From: Squalus acanthias
Taxonomy: Eukaryota
NCBI GenBank assembly: GCA_030390025.1
Contig: CM059431.1
Location: 155,436,001-155,500,000 of the forward strand
Direction: 5' to 3'
DNA length: 64,000 nucleotides
Both the position numbers and the translations under genes were made by a program. This document shows positions 1 through 13,000 of the stretch, piece after piece. How positions within the stretch are numbered: position 1 is the stretch's first letter; every line of letters begins with the position of its first letter. The notes under the pieces were generated by a model, which did not search any database, was not told the DNA's origin, and worked only from the letters and a program-made list of their open reading frames with translations.

Positions 1-896
1 AGGAAGATCAGTTTTCATATCAGTCCTCCTTAATGGTCCATGTATGTTGTCCAGAATAACTTTGAGGAAAGCGTCAAACATTTATCCATTATTTTTGCCA
101 GAATTAGGATACATTCTGTGGAACGAATATCTGAATAGTCGCTTGGTCATGTCCCTCCCCTCCATTACCAACACTTGGAGTGCATCTGCCTAATCACATC
201 TAACCCCAACTCTTACCTTGAATTTCTCGCCTCGCCTCCAACCAGAAATCTCGCATTGCATGTGCTTCCCCGCCTCTATACCCTAACTGTTAATTGCGTC
301 TGAATGGTCACTCCAATTATCGGTCTTACTCCGTTTCGCCCGCCACTCATCGATTTGCTTCCCGGTTCCACATTTCTTGGCTCCGGAATTTCGGGTCACG
401 CATCTATTTACATCGAGCTTTACTCTGAATCATTGGAAGGGAAACGAACCTATGCTGCCAGCTTCCCTATGTCTACCGGATTTGCATTTCTAGATTAAGC
501 TTCAGATGCCATGTTCCTTTTAGTGCAAAGATTTCTGCTCACCTCTGCTAAGAGCTGTTTAGTCAGATGTTTGTGAATTTTACATTAAAAACTCTCACTA
601 TCTTAGGATACAAGCGATTGCTCGCTTCAAGACAAAATAAGCGTATTTGGATCATATCGACTCCAGTTTTAGTAAAATCATCTTATCAAATAACTTACTT
701 GCATTTGTTGTTTTCGCTTTTATTATGAGGATCCGCCTCACGATTTATTTCTACGGTATATGTTGTACCTCCGCCTTGGGGACACTCAAATTATCAGTGT
801 CCGTTGTTGCACTGGCTGGGGAAATCTGTGGCTCAGCCAGGTCAGACACCGAAAAGTCAGCCCTATTAAATCTAATCATATTCTTGTTATAATCAG

Positions 897-1044
897 AACC
901 AACAGGAAAATGCTGCTACAGAAACTGTGCTCAGCACGTATCCTAGCAGTGAAATCAATCCTACACACATAGTGAATGAAGATCTCCATCGACAGCAGCA
1001 AGAAAAAGAAAGAAGCGGATATGACAGAAGCGCACAGACATCCG
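897..1044 (+). CDS. Exon X1 (148 nt, phase 0->1): [49 protein letters not shown]
   Basis: ttcttgttataatcag| acceptor, tccg|gtcaga donor (weak); open frame; paralogous to X2/X3. Confidence 0.6.
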
Positions 1045-4000
1045 GTCAGATTACTCTTTGGGTTAAACAGATATATCCGCCAGTCTTTCAATTTAATCCA
1101 GTAACCTTCAAACAGTGTTTCAGTCTCTTGTCATTCTATTATGAATTCCTACTTATCTAAGCCACTTAAATCACATTTATGCAATTGACGTAACATAAAC
1201 ACTAAATCCTGAATACATTTTCAGAATTTACTTCTTGTCCTTCTGCCAAATCTTACACTCAACAATCTTTCAATCATGGCTTTCCGTTTCCTTTCTGCGC
1301 GTAAACTGTCGGTGACGCCTGAAATTCTGTTTAACTCGATCCATCCAGCCGGCTGTCGTGAAAGGGACCTCTGCAGACCGCCACCAAAAGACAGGTTTAA
1401 CAAAAACAATTACCTGAATGTGGAGCCAATATGTTCAAGCGTTCTCCTCCTGGCTTTAGATTAACACCACGGGATACTGCCGGACCTTACTCCCGATCGT
1501 TGCCTCCCTCCTTCTTCTCCTGTTCCCCCCCTTTCCTTTAATCTCCCTCTCTCGGTAGCCACTGCTTCCCGATCACTTTAATCTCTCCCCGTCGCTCCTT
1601 CCGAGAGCGTAGTCACTCAAATCATGGTCACTTGTCCAGCTTCCTGTGGAGGCGCAGCAAGTGTCTGCACCTCGCGGATCTGAGGTAAACGATGCCCCAG
1701 ACCCAATATCAGGATGGTCTCAGGCCTACGCCTTACAGCGCAGGGATCGTTCCCGGCGATAATTTTGGCTTTGTGTTATGATGTAAAATGGGCGCTAGCG
1801 AATCAAAAGCACGAGTGAATGTAGTCAATTGAATTCAAAATCGGTATAGATTAAAAGAGGCTGCCCTTTCACTTCAGCACGTTTTAAATTATCTCACAAT
1901 AGGAAAGTCAGAATCACAACCAACGTGCCCAGTTAGCGTCAGCCAGAACGAACCAATTTCTAGACCAGTGTCCATAAAATCACTGATTTTGCTGTAAGCC
2001 TTAATCCTGCAGTATGCTTTGCTTATGATGATGCTTCGGTTGCATACAGTAACCTGCCGTGAATTCCATTAAATCAGAGTACAGTTTATCCGATCCATCA
2101 ACAGAATAAGCAGAGTGACAGATGGAAATATCGATAATAGACACATTGATAGAGAGACAGACAAACAGCGAGACAGGAGGACAGACAGAGTGATATATTG
2201 ATAACTTTATTATTTTAATGACTTCCATCTTTGTTTTAGAAAATATTATAATGCAGTGGAAGTGAATTCTAAGTAATTGTTCCAAAGTATCGTCTATTAT
2301 TGTAACAACTTCGATGTTGTTGTTCCACTTGGAATTTATAGTGATTGATATTACTGAAGTTGGACCAACTGTATCGCCAGACGCTGACACTCAACAATCC
2401 AATAATACAGAATTATATCAGGTTAGAATATTTGTAGCGATTGAAGAACCTGCGAACGGTATCGGTGAAAATCTGCGCCATGAAATTGTATTCACTCGGA
2501 TAGAATCTGAGGTTTGTCTGACACAGATGGAACTAGACCTATCTTAACCTATGGTAATATTGACTCGACGTCTTTCGTTTAATACATGCAGTTTAATTTA
2601 CGCTTTCCCGTCCTTTCTTTTCTGAAGTAGGCGAGTTGAACTACGCAATTGTAACATAGGCCACCGCTGCCTCTGCACCATTTTACATGAGGGAAAAGGA
2701 TGATTGCTGAGATTTCCACTTCATTAACTAATTTGCGCTCGGCTGCATCTGAGACGCTAATTTGAACCGATTTTTGCCACGGAACTAATGCGGAGGCAAC
2801 TCCGTGAATCGGAATCGGCACTGTTGTTTGGTGGACTTTCGTGTACAACACCCACAACCACTGCGCTTCGATATTCAGGAATACCGTTTTACCTGGAAGC
2901 TCTAGAATATAATTGAAGATATTCAGGAAGATCTGTTTTCAGATCATTCCTCCACAATATTCAATGTTTGTTGTTCAGAACAACTTTGAGCAAAGCGTCA
3001 AACATCTATCCCTTATTTTGCCAGAATTAGGATACATTCTGTTGGACGAGTAACTTAATAATCCCTTGATCATGAGGCTGCACTCCACTCCCAACACATA
3101 GAATGCATCTGCTTCCTTAGCTCGAACCCTAACTCTTACCTTGAATACTGTAGCTTCTGATCCAATCAGAATTCTCTCATTGCACTTGCATCCCTGCCTC
3201 TATTACCTAACTCTTAATTGCGTTTCAATGGTCACTTAAATCATCAATCTTATTCCGTTTCGCCCGACACTCTCCGACTCGGTTCCCGGTTCCACCTTTC
3301 ATGACTCCGAAATTTGGAGCCATGCATGTATTTAAACCGAGCTTCAATATGAATAATTGAAATCGAGATATATCTATGAGTCCAGCTTTCCTATGTCTAC
3401 GGGATTTACATGTATTGATTATGCTTTAGTTGTTCTGTTCCTGTTTGTGCAGCGTTTCCTGCTCAATCTGCTCAGAGATGTCTCATCGGATGTTTGTGAA
3501 TTTTACGTTAACAAACTCTCACAGCACTAGGATACAAACGATTGGTATATTCAAGATAAAATAAGCTTTTTGGATCACATCGGCTCCAGTTTTAGTAAAA
3601 ACATCTTATCAAACAACTTTCTTGCATTTGTTGTTTTTAATTTTCTATTGGGATCTGCATCACCATTTATTTCTACGATATATGTTGTACCTCCGTCCTG
3701 GGGACACTAACATTATTAGTGTCCGTTGTAACAGTAGATGGGGAAATTTGTGGCTTTGTAAACTCAGAAGCAGAAAAGTCAGCCCTAATATATCTAATCA
3801 TAATCTTTTTATCATCAGAATCAGCAGGAAAATGTTACTACAGAAAATCTCCCCTGCACGGGCACTTACAGTGAGGTCAGCTTCACACTCACAGTGAATG
3901 AAGATCTACATCCACGGCTGCAAGAAAAAAGAGCAGGCGGATATGGCAGAAGCGCCCACATAACCGGTGAGATACTCATTGTGCTGAACAGATATATCTG

Positions 4001-7000
4001 CCAGTCTTTAAATTCAATCCCGTAAATCTCCATCAAAGTTTTCATTCTCTTGTCATTCTGTTAACTCATACCTATACTAGTGAGCTGAATTTTAGTCCAA
4101 ATGCTAAATAAATGTTATGAAATGACGTCTTGTCCTGCTGTCAAATCCCACACTCAATCTTGTTTCAACCATGGCTGTCCGTTTGCTTTCTCCTGTAAAA
4201 TGTATTTGACGCCTGAAAGTCTGGTTAACTCAATCCATCTAATCGGCGTTCGTTAAAGGGTCCTCTGCAGCACGCCAGCAAAATATAATTAAAACAAATA
4301 CTTAACTGAATGTGCAGCCATTAAGTTTACCGGTTCCATGCTTGGCACCACATTAAAACCACGGGAGCTTGCCGGCCACTACTCTCGTTTGCCTCTCTCA
4401 CTCTCCGATATTTGTCTCCCTCGCTCTACTACCGGTCCCACTCTCTTTCTGCCGACGACTTCTCTCTCGCACGCATCTAGTCGCCCCTCCTTCGCGAACG
4501 CATCGAAGTCTCCCAGCCGCCCCTTAATTATTAATAATTGAATTTCCCTCTTCGTTTGATTAATTATTTGATGCAGTGCAAAATATTTCTGTGTGCCTGG
4601 TCTTTATATTGTCGTTTATTGTAGCTGTCCGATATTGTTTGTTGCATTTGTACTTTATAGTGGATGATATTACTGGAGTTGTTCCAACTGTATCGACAGA
4701 CGCTGACACACAGGAATCCAAAGATATGGAATTGCATCGGGCTAGAATACTTGAAGCTGATGAAGAATCTGTGTCTGCTATCAGTGCAAATCTGCTTCAT
4801 AAAAATATCACTCCGATAGATTCTGAGGTATTTTTGACCGAAATGGAAATAGACCTCTGTTACCCTACTGTATTATAGACTTGACTTCTATGGTTTAATT
4901 ATAAGCAGTAGTTTTTACGCTTCCTCAGCCTTTCCTTCCTGAATTAGATGAGTTGTACTGCGCCATAGATACACGGACCACCGCTCTGAAATTTTACTTG
5001 AGGCAAAAGTAGGAATGCCGAGATTTCCATTTAATTGCCCAATTTCCTCTCGGGTGCGTATCAGACAATAATTTTGATAGATTTTTTTTAACACGAAACC
5101 AACACAGAGCTCAGTCGGTGAACTGGATCCAGCACTGCTCTGCAACAGCAAAGATATATTTTGCAAGAATTAGGCTACATCCTGTTGGCCGAGAAACTAA
5201 ATATTCCCTTGGACATGCCCCTTCCTCCATGCCCAACAGTTAGACTCCATCTGCTTCCCCACCTCTAAACCCAACTCTGACATTGCATTTATAGTTTCGC
5301 CTCCAAGCAGAACACTCGCATTTTATCTTCAACATAGGCTGTATACTCTAACTGATATATCGCATTTTAAACGACACTCCAATCTTTATCACATTCTGTT
5401 TTGCCGCCACTCTTGGACTTGCTTCCGGTTCCTTCATTGTTGGCTCCGTAATTTTGGGCCATGCGTCTATTTAGATCGAGATTTAATCTGATGGATTGGA
5501 TTCGAAATGTACCTGTAATCCCAGTTTTCCTATGTCTACTGCATTTAATTTTATTGATTTTTTTTCAACTCTCCTGCTGCTGTTTTTGCAGCGATTCCAG
5601 CTCAGCTCGGCTCAGAGCTGCCTCATCAGACATTTGTGAATTTTAGATTACAAGCTCTCTTATCCCGATTATAAAAGTAATTGCTTTCTTAAAGATAAAA
5701 TAAGACTTTTGGGATCATCTCGGCTCCATTTTTAATTAATTCACCTTATCAAACAACTTTATAGCATGTGTCGTTTTCGGTTTTTGCGGTTATGATGAGC
5801 GCCACGATATATTTCTACCGTAACTAGCGTATTCCGCACTGGGGACTCTAAAGGTACCATTGTCAGTTGCTGCACTGGCTGGGGAAAGATGTGGATCATA
5901 CAGTTCAGTAACCGGAAATTCAGAGCTATTGTATCTAATCTAATCATTTTCATACTATAATCAGAACCAACAGGAAAATGCTGCAACAGAAACTTTGGTT
6001 AGCACCGATTATTACAGTGACATCAGCCTCACACACACAGTAAATGAAGATATGGGAGCCGGCAGCTGTGGCATAAGCGCACACACATTGGGTAAGATTA
6101 CTCTTTCACTTGAACTGATATATCCGCCAGTGTTTGTATGCAATCCAGTCAACCTCAAGTTGTGTTTTAGGTCTCTTCTCATTCAGTTGTGGATTCCGAC
6201 TGATCTGAGACTGTTACCTCATCAGCAACAACAAAAACATCTTGTAGTTATATAGCGCCGTTAACGTTGTAAAACGGCCCAAGGCTTCACAGGAATGTTA
6301 ACTATACCAGTGAGGTAAATTATACACTCAATGTTATAGACATTTCAGAAATCACGCGCTGTCCGTCCGCCAAATTATGCACTCAACCTTAGTTCAAGCA
6401 TGGCTTTCCACTTGCTTTCTCCGATAAACTGTGACGCCTGAAGTTTTAGATAACTCGAGCCATCTAACACACGGCCGTTAAAGGGACCTCTTCAGTCCGC
6501 CACCAAATGAAAAGTTTTAAGAAAGAAAACGTACCTTTATGTAGAGCCAGTAACTTTGGTAGTAGTAGGGATAATGGGCAGGTACTCACATTGACAAGAT
6601 GTGACAAGTGGTGACCGGCAGGGATCTGTGTTGCAGCCTCAGCTATTCACAGTATTTATTAACGACATAGATGATTGCATAGCAAGTGCAACATACACAT
6701 TTATAGGTTACATAAAGGTAGAAGCAGTGTATCTGAAAGCAAAAATTACAAAGAGATATCGATAGATTAAGTGAATGTGCAAAACAGTGGCGAGTGGATT
6801 TAAATGTAGACAAATGTGAGCTCATCCAAATTGAACCTAGAAAGGATAGAACAGTAGTAGAGAAAATGCTAGAATCTATTATTAAGTACTTGGTAACTGA
6901 ACACTTAGAAAATAATAATAGGATTGGGCAGAGTTAAAGCGGATTTATGAAAGGGAAATCGTGTTTGACAAGATGAAGGCATCCATCAGCTGGATCCCGT

Positions 7001-10000
7001 GCTACACACATGTTAAATACTCAAGTAATTCACCAAAATCGTTACAAAGCATTATAAACAATAACTGTTTAACTGGCATGTGGCATAATATTAGCAAAAT
7101 GCCAAAATATATGCTGAATTCGATCAAGTATTGAGCACATGTCTCATTCAACTCTCTGCTGTGCTAATTGAAATGGTAAGAGACAGCATCAGCGTGTCTG
7201 TTCGGGTAATACTTGACAGTGCTGTGGTGCTCAATTAATTAGAACAGATTGAATGCTGGCAACATCACGTCTGAATCTTGAGCACCTTTCGCACCAATGG
7301 GGACTGTGGAGTCAGTGAGATATACCCGCCCTTAATCATCATATTTTAGATCCCTTTTGGAAAACAACACCATTTTACAGAAGCACAGAATCTTACAGCA
7401 CAGAATGTTGCCATTCGGCCCATCGCGCCTGTGATGACTCTTCAAAAGAGCTATTCAATTGGGCACGCAGCCCTGTTCTTTCCCCGTAGGCATGCAAGTT
7501 TCTCCCTTTCAACAATTTAGCCAATTCTCTTTTGAAATGGACTATTGAATCTGCTTCCACCAACTTTTCAGCCAGTGCATTCCAGATCACAATTCGCAGC
7601 GTAAAGGAAATTCTGCTCATCTCACTTCCTTTTTTTTGCCACTTAGCTTAGTTCTGTGCCCTCTTGTTACCGAACATTCTGCCACTGGCACATTGTCAGT
7701 AAGAAAATATTTGTATTCCTTTAAAAAAAAAACTGAAAACAAAAGAAATTCTTTTGTTTTTGCAGTTTGATGAAATTACATGTATGTTATAGCTCTACTG
7801 TTAGAAAGCTCTCAATTCCTTGATCAGAACGGATTTACCAAAATTAATAATTTTGTTGCCGAGCTGAGTGATGCCAAGTGAAAGAATGAGATGTTGGTTC
7901 GCCTCTGCGATTCCTCAAAATCTGAGTACTTCTTTTCAGCGGAACTGCTATGTTAATGCATCATCATAAGTCGGGAGGTATGGACAATGAGTGGGAATGT
8001 CTCTCCACCTGTTCTTATGCACATTTAAGCGATCTGTTACAATCCCCATAGTGAATTCTCCGATAGACTTGTCAGAAAATGCTGCGTGTTTTGGTCATGA
8101 ATTAAGTGTATTTGTGCACCTCAGTGCATCAAAAACCTAAATTTCCTGAAATAGAAATGAGATTGGCGCTACGGTCCCTAATTTTACCCTAAATTTATCC
8201 TTTTAATAACGCTCACGGCCTTGTTAGAAATATTTATGATGGATTCCTCTTTTCTGCAGAACACGTGTTTACATCATTGATCGGGCAGCCACTCAGCACC
8301 TACTTTTCATGAACAAAAGAAAGATGCTATGTTTGCTGAAAGTCTGAAATACAAAAAAATGATGGAAATACTCAGCAGATCAGGTAGCATCTGTGGAGAA
8401 AGAAACACAGTTAACATTTCAGGTCCTTGACATAACATCAGAACTGAAATAATTTAGAGATGTAACAGGTTTTCATCAGGTAGAGAGGCAGGGAAAGGGG
8501 AGGGGCAGGAAAGAATAAAAGTGAAGTTCTGTGATAGGGTGAAAGACAGGAGTTATTAAATGACAAAAGAGGTACACCTGCAGGCCCAGGACGCGTAGAG
8601 TCCGAAGCTCCGCAGACAAGTATGTTTGGATTTTTTTTTAATTTGTAGATGTATTGTTCTGGTACGCCTCCGACCGCAAAGTCAGGGACGTGGACTTTCT
8701 AATTTATAATGTTGTTGCATGGAGAAATCTTGTGGATTCGGAAAGTGCGGTCAGCAGCGAAGCAAATGTTTTTGTCACAGGCGCTGAAGAAAGCTGCCTA
8801 GATCTCGCGAGCTCTGTGGTGGGAGGTTTCCCTTTTGCAAGGCGTCTGTTATTTCAGTTAAGTGGGGATTCCCTAGAGTGATCTGCTCTAACGTCAAAAA
8901 TTTGTCTGAACAGCCAATCACTTTGTTGAATTCTCGAAGACAGAGAACTGAGAAATGACAACCTGCTTTTATCCAAACTTTTTAAAATGTTACAGTGAGC
9001 AAAACAAAACTTGGGGCTCTGAAATGGCGATGAGGTAATATCTGAAATATCAACAGCAAACGTTTTGAACCTTTCTTACAAAAATGAAATTTTTATCATA
9101 ATAGAGAGATTTGGCAATCCACAAAAGTAAATTTAGTTTATCAGGGCCATTATTTTGTTTATCAGGCTATACGCTGATGAAACCCCAGATAAACGTAATC
9201 CAACAGGCCCAAAAAGGGGAAAGGAAGTGCAACCAAAGCCAGAGCTCACTGGATGACGAAAGAGATAGAGAGTAAGATGTAGCAGAAAAATGGGGCGTAT
9301 GAGAAATGTCAGGTTGAGAATACAAGTGAAAACCAGGCTGAATATAGAAAGATCAGAGGGGAAGATACAATAAGAGGGGCAAAGAGAGAATATGCGAATA
9401 GATTGGCAGCTGACATAAAAGGGAATTCAAAAGTCTTCCTTATGTATATCAATAATAAACGGGTATTAAAAGGAGTGGTAGGGCAGATTAGGGACCACAA
9501 AGGAGACCTATGCATGGAGCCAGAGGTCATGGCTGAGGTATTACATGAGTATTTTCAGCTGTCTTTACCAAGAAAGAAGATGCCGCGAAAGTCATAGTAA
9601 AAGAGGAGGTATTTGAGATACTGGACGGGATATTAATTGATACAGAGGAGGTACGGGAAAGGGTGACTTTAATTAAAGTAGATCAGTCACCAGGACCGAA
9701 TGGGATGTATCCTAAAATGCTGAGGGAGGTAACGGTGGAAATTACGGAGGTACTGGCCATAATCTTCCAATCCTCCTTAGATACGGGGGTCTTGTCAAAG
9801 TACTGGAGAACTGCAAATGTTACACCCTTGTTCAAAAATGGATGTAAGGATAAATCCAACGACTACAGACCAGTCTGTTATACTTCAGTAGTGTGGAAGC
9901 TTTTAGAAACGATAATCCAGGAAAAAAGTATAGGTCAATTAGACAAGTGTGGATTAATTAAAGAAAGCCAGCTCGGATTTGTAAAAGGGAAATCGTGTTA

Positions 10001-13000
10001 ACTAACTTAATTGAATGTTTTGATGAGTAAACATGGAGGGTTGATGAGGGCAATGCGGTCGATCTGCTGTATATGGACTTTAAAAAAGACGATTGATAAA
10101 GTGTCACAGAATAGGCTTGCCAGCAAAGTTGTAGCCCATGGAGTAAGAGTGACAGGGGCAGCATGGTTACGAAATAGGCTAAGTGACAGGAAACAGAGTG
10201 TAGTGATGAACGGCTGTTTTTAGGACTGGAGGAAGGTACAAAGTGGAGTTCCCCAGAGGTCATTATTATTACGCTGCTTTTCCTGATTTATATTAATGAC
10301 TTGGACTTGTATGTACAAGTGCAAAATTTCAAAATTTGCAGATGACACAAAACTTGGAAGAATAACGAATAGTGAGGAGGATAGTGATATTCAAGAGGAC
10401 AGATACAGACTGAAGGAATGGGCAGATACGTGGCAGATGGAGTTTATCGCAGAAAAGTGTGAAGTGATACATTTTGTTAGTACGAACGAGGAGAGGCATT
10501 GTAAACTTAAGGGTACAGTCCTAAAGGTGGTGAACATAAGAACATAAGAAATAGGAGCAGGAGTAGGCCAATCGGCCCCTCGAGCCTGCTCCGCCATTCA
10601 ATAAGATCATGGCTGATCTGATCCTAACCTCAAATCTAAAGAACAGAAGAAGTAGGAGCAGGACCCGGCTCTAAGCCCCTGGGCCCGCTCCGCCATCCAC
10701 AGGGCCTTGACCGATCAAAACTCAGCCTCATGTCCAATTTCCTGCCCGCTCCCCGTAACCCCTAATTCCCTTTACTTCTAGGAAACTGTCAATTTCTGTT
10801 TAAAATTTATTTAATGATGTAGCTTCCACAGCTTCCTGGGGCAGCAAATTCCATAGACCTACTACCCTCTGAGTGAAACAGTTTCTCATCATCTCAGTTT
10901 TGAAAGAGCAGCCCCTTATTCTAAGATTATGCCCCCTAGTTCTAGTTTCACCCATCCTTGGGAACATCCTTACCGCATCCACCAGATGAAGCCCCTTCAC
11001 AATCACATATGTTTCAATAAGATCGCCTCTCATTCTTCTGAACTCCAATGGGTAGAGTCCCAATCTACTCAACCTCTCCTCATATGTCCATTCCTCATCC
11101 CCGGGATTAACCGAGTGAACCTTCTTTGTACTGCCTCGAGAGCAAGTATGTCTTTTCTTAAGTATGGACACCAAAACTGTATGCAGTATTCCAGGTGCGG
11201 TCTCACCAATACCTTATATAACTGCAGCAATACCTCCCTGTTTTTATAATCTATCCCCCTAGCAATAAAAGCCAACATTCCGTTGGTCTTCTTCATCACC
11301 TGCTGCACCTGCATACTATCTTTTTGATTTTCTTGCATTAGGACCCCCAGATCCCTTTGTACTGCAGTACTTTCCAGTTTCTCGCCATTAAGATAATAAC
11401 TTGCTCTCTGATTTTTCCTGCCAACGTGCGTAACCTCACATTTTCCAATATTGTATTGAATCTGCCAGGAACAGAGGGACCTGCTTCTTTTTCTGCCGGT
11501 TGATAAACCTGTAAAAACATACGAGATCATTGGCTTTATAAAAAGAGGCTTAGAGTACAAAAGCAAGGAAGTTAGGATGAATCTTTATAAAACAGTTTCG
11601 GCCACAGCTGGGGTATTGAAAAGGGTGCACCAAAGATTTACAAGAACGGTTCCATGAATGTGAGACTTCAGTTACGTGAATAGACTGGAGAAGTTGGCGT
11701 TGTTCTCCTTCGAGAAAAGACGGTTGAGAGTAGATTTGATAGAGGTGTTCAAAATCAGGAGGGGTCGAGGCAGTGTAGCTAGGGAGGAACTGTTCCCATT
11801 GGTGGAATGGTCAAGAACCAGCGGACACAGATTTAGTGTGATTGGCAGAAGAACCAAAGTCGACATGAGGGAAGAAATTTACGCAGAGACTGATTATGAT
11901 TTGGAATGCACTTCCTGAAATGGTGATTGGGGCAGATTCAATCGTGGCTTTCAAAAGGGAATTGCATAATTGCATGAAGGAAAAACGCAGGGCTACGGGG
12001 AAAAGGCAGGGTAAGGGGCGAGCTTAACTGGACTTGCAGAGGGCTGGCACGGGCTCGACGGGCCGAATGGTCTCGTTCTGTGCTGTAACCAATCTATGAT
12101 TCTATGATTCTATTTAGTATGGAGTTTAATCGTGGTATTAACGCGGAAATGCCCACGTTTCCGTCAGTTTCATTGATTTCAATGATTACACCGATCAGCC
12201 GCTACGGGTGCGGGGTGGTGGGGGCACTGTGCTGGGATTGGGGGGAGTTGTGGGGAGCAGAGCGCAGCCAGTGTCGGAGCAGTGAATGACTGACCACAGA
12301 TACAGGATTTTAGCATTTAGATATGCATGCGCTACATACAAAATTCGCGGTCAGTTTCAAAGTGGTAGTATCGACGAACGCAAATACCAGCCCAGGGTTC
12401 TTAATGGCACATTTTTTGCGGCCGCAACTTGTGTTTTGGAGGTGGCGTAGCGCCTGTATGGGCCGCGCGACTTCCGGGGTGCGTGTAGCGCATGCGCGAA
12501 TACATGGAATGTGCAATCTGTCAAGAAAATTCTTGAGTGATCCAAAGCATCCGAGGGAAATGGACATCCGCCGGCTGAGAGTTGGGCTGTTTGCCCAACT
12601 TAAGCTCAGCGAATGACCGTGAAATTATTAGGTCTGTTTAGAATGTTGTCTGCCAAACGTTGATGCTAGACAGTTCAGGACACAACGGATGTGTCGGAAT
12701 CGTCTGTAGAGAGTCAGAGTAACATTTGCAATATAAAGGGTCAAATAATCTGGAATCATGGGCCAGAGTATGCTCGGGTACCGGGAGTGTAGAGCGTCAG
12801 AATACCATGGCCGCTAAAAGGAAAGAACAAACTAAAAAATAACGAGACTCCATAGATAAATAAATCAAAAGGGAACAATTGAGTGTAAGGAAAGAGGCAC
12901 ACATTAAATACATAGGCAGCAGGGGAGTGCATGATAAGAGAGAATACGAAAAGATTATAAGAGAACTCAAAAAAATAATTAGGGATGCAAAGAGGAACTA

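Larger units (their letters stand above)
1..6540. repeat. Old tandem segmental repeat (about 2.5 copies, period ~2.9 kb then ~2.15 kb) carrying exons X and Y
   Basis: 1-1500, ~2925-4390 and ~5165-6540 share colinear diverged sequence (e.g. aagattactctt, aaagggacctct...cgccaccaaa); ~2270-2870 matches ~4560-5140. Confidence 0.85.

Noticed and set aside
1480..2200. CT-rich/CpG patch and AGAC-like microsatellite as promoter or exon
   Set aside because: Low-complexity intronic sequence with no supportable feature
7766..7781. Possible 16-nt micro-exon (ttttgcag|tttgatgaaattacat|gtatgt) between X3 and A1
   Set aside because: Not a multiple of 3 and gives an immediate TGA in phase 1; no supporting evidence
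12110..12640. CpG-rich stretch with overlapping short ORFs
   Set aside because: No recognisable protein motifs or splice-supported frame; probably an unclassified repeat remnant that cannot be assigned by eye
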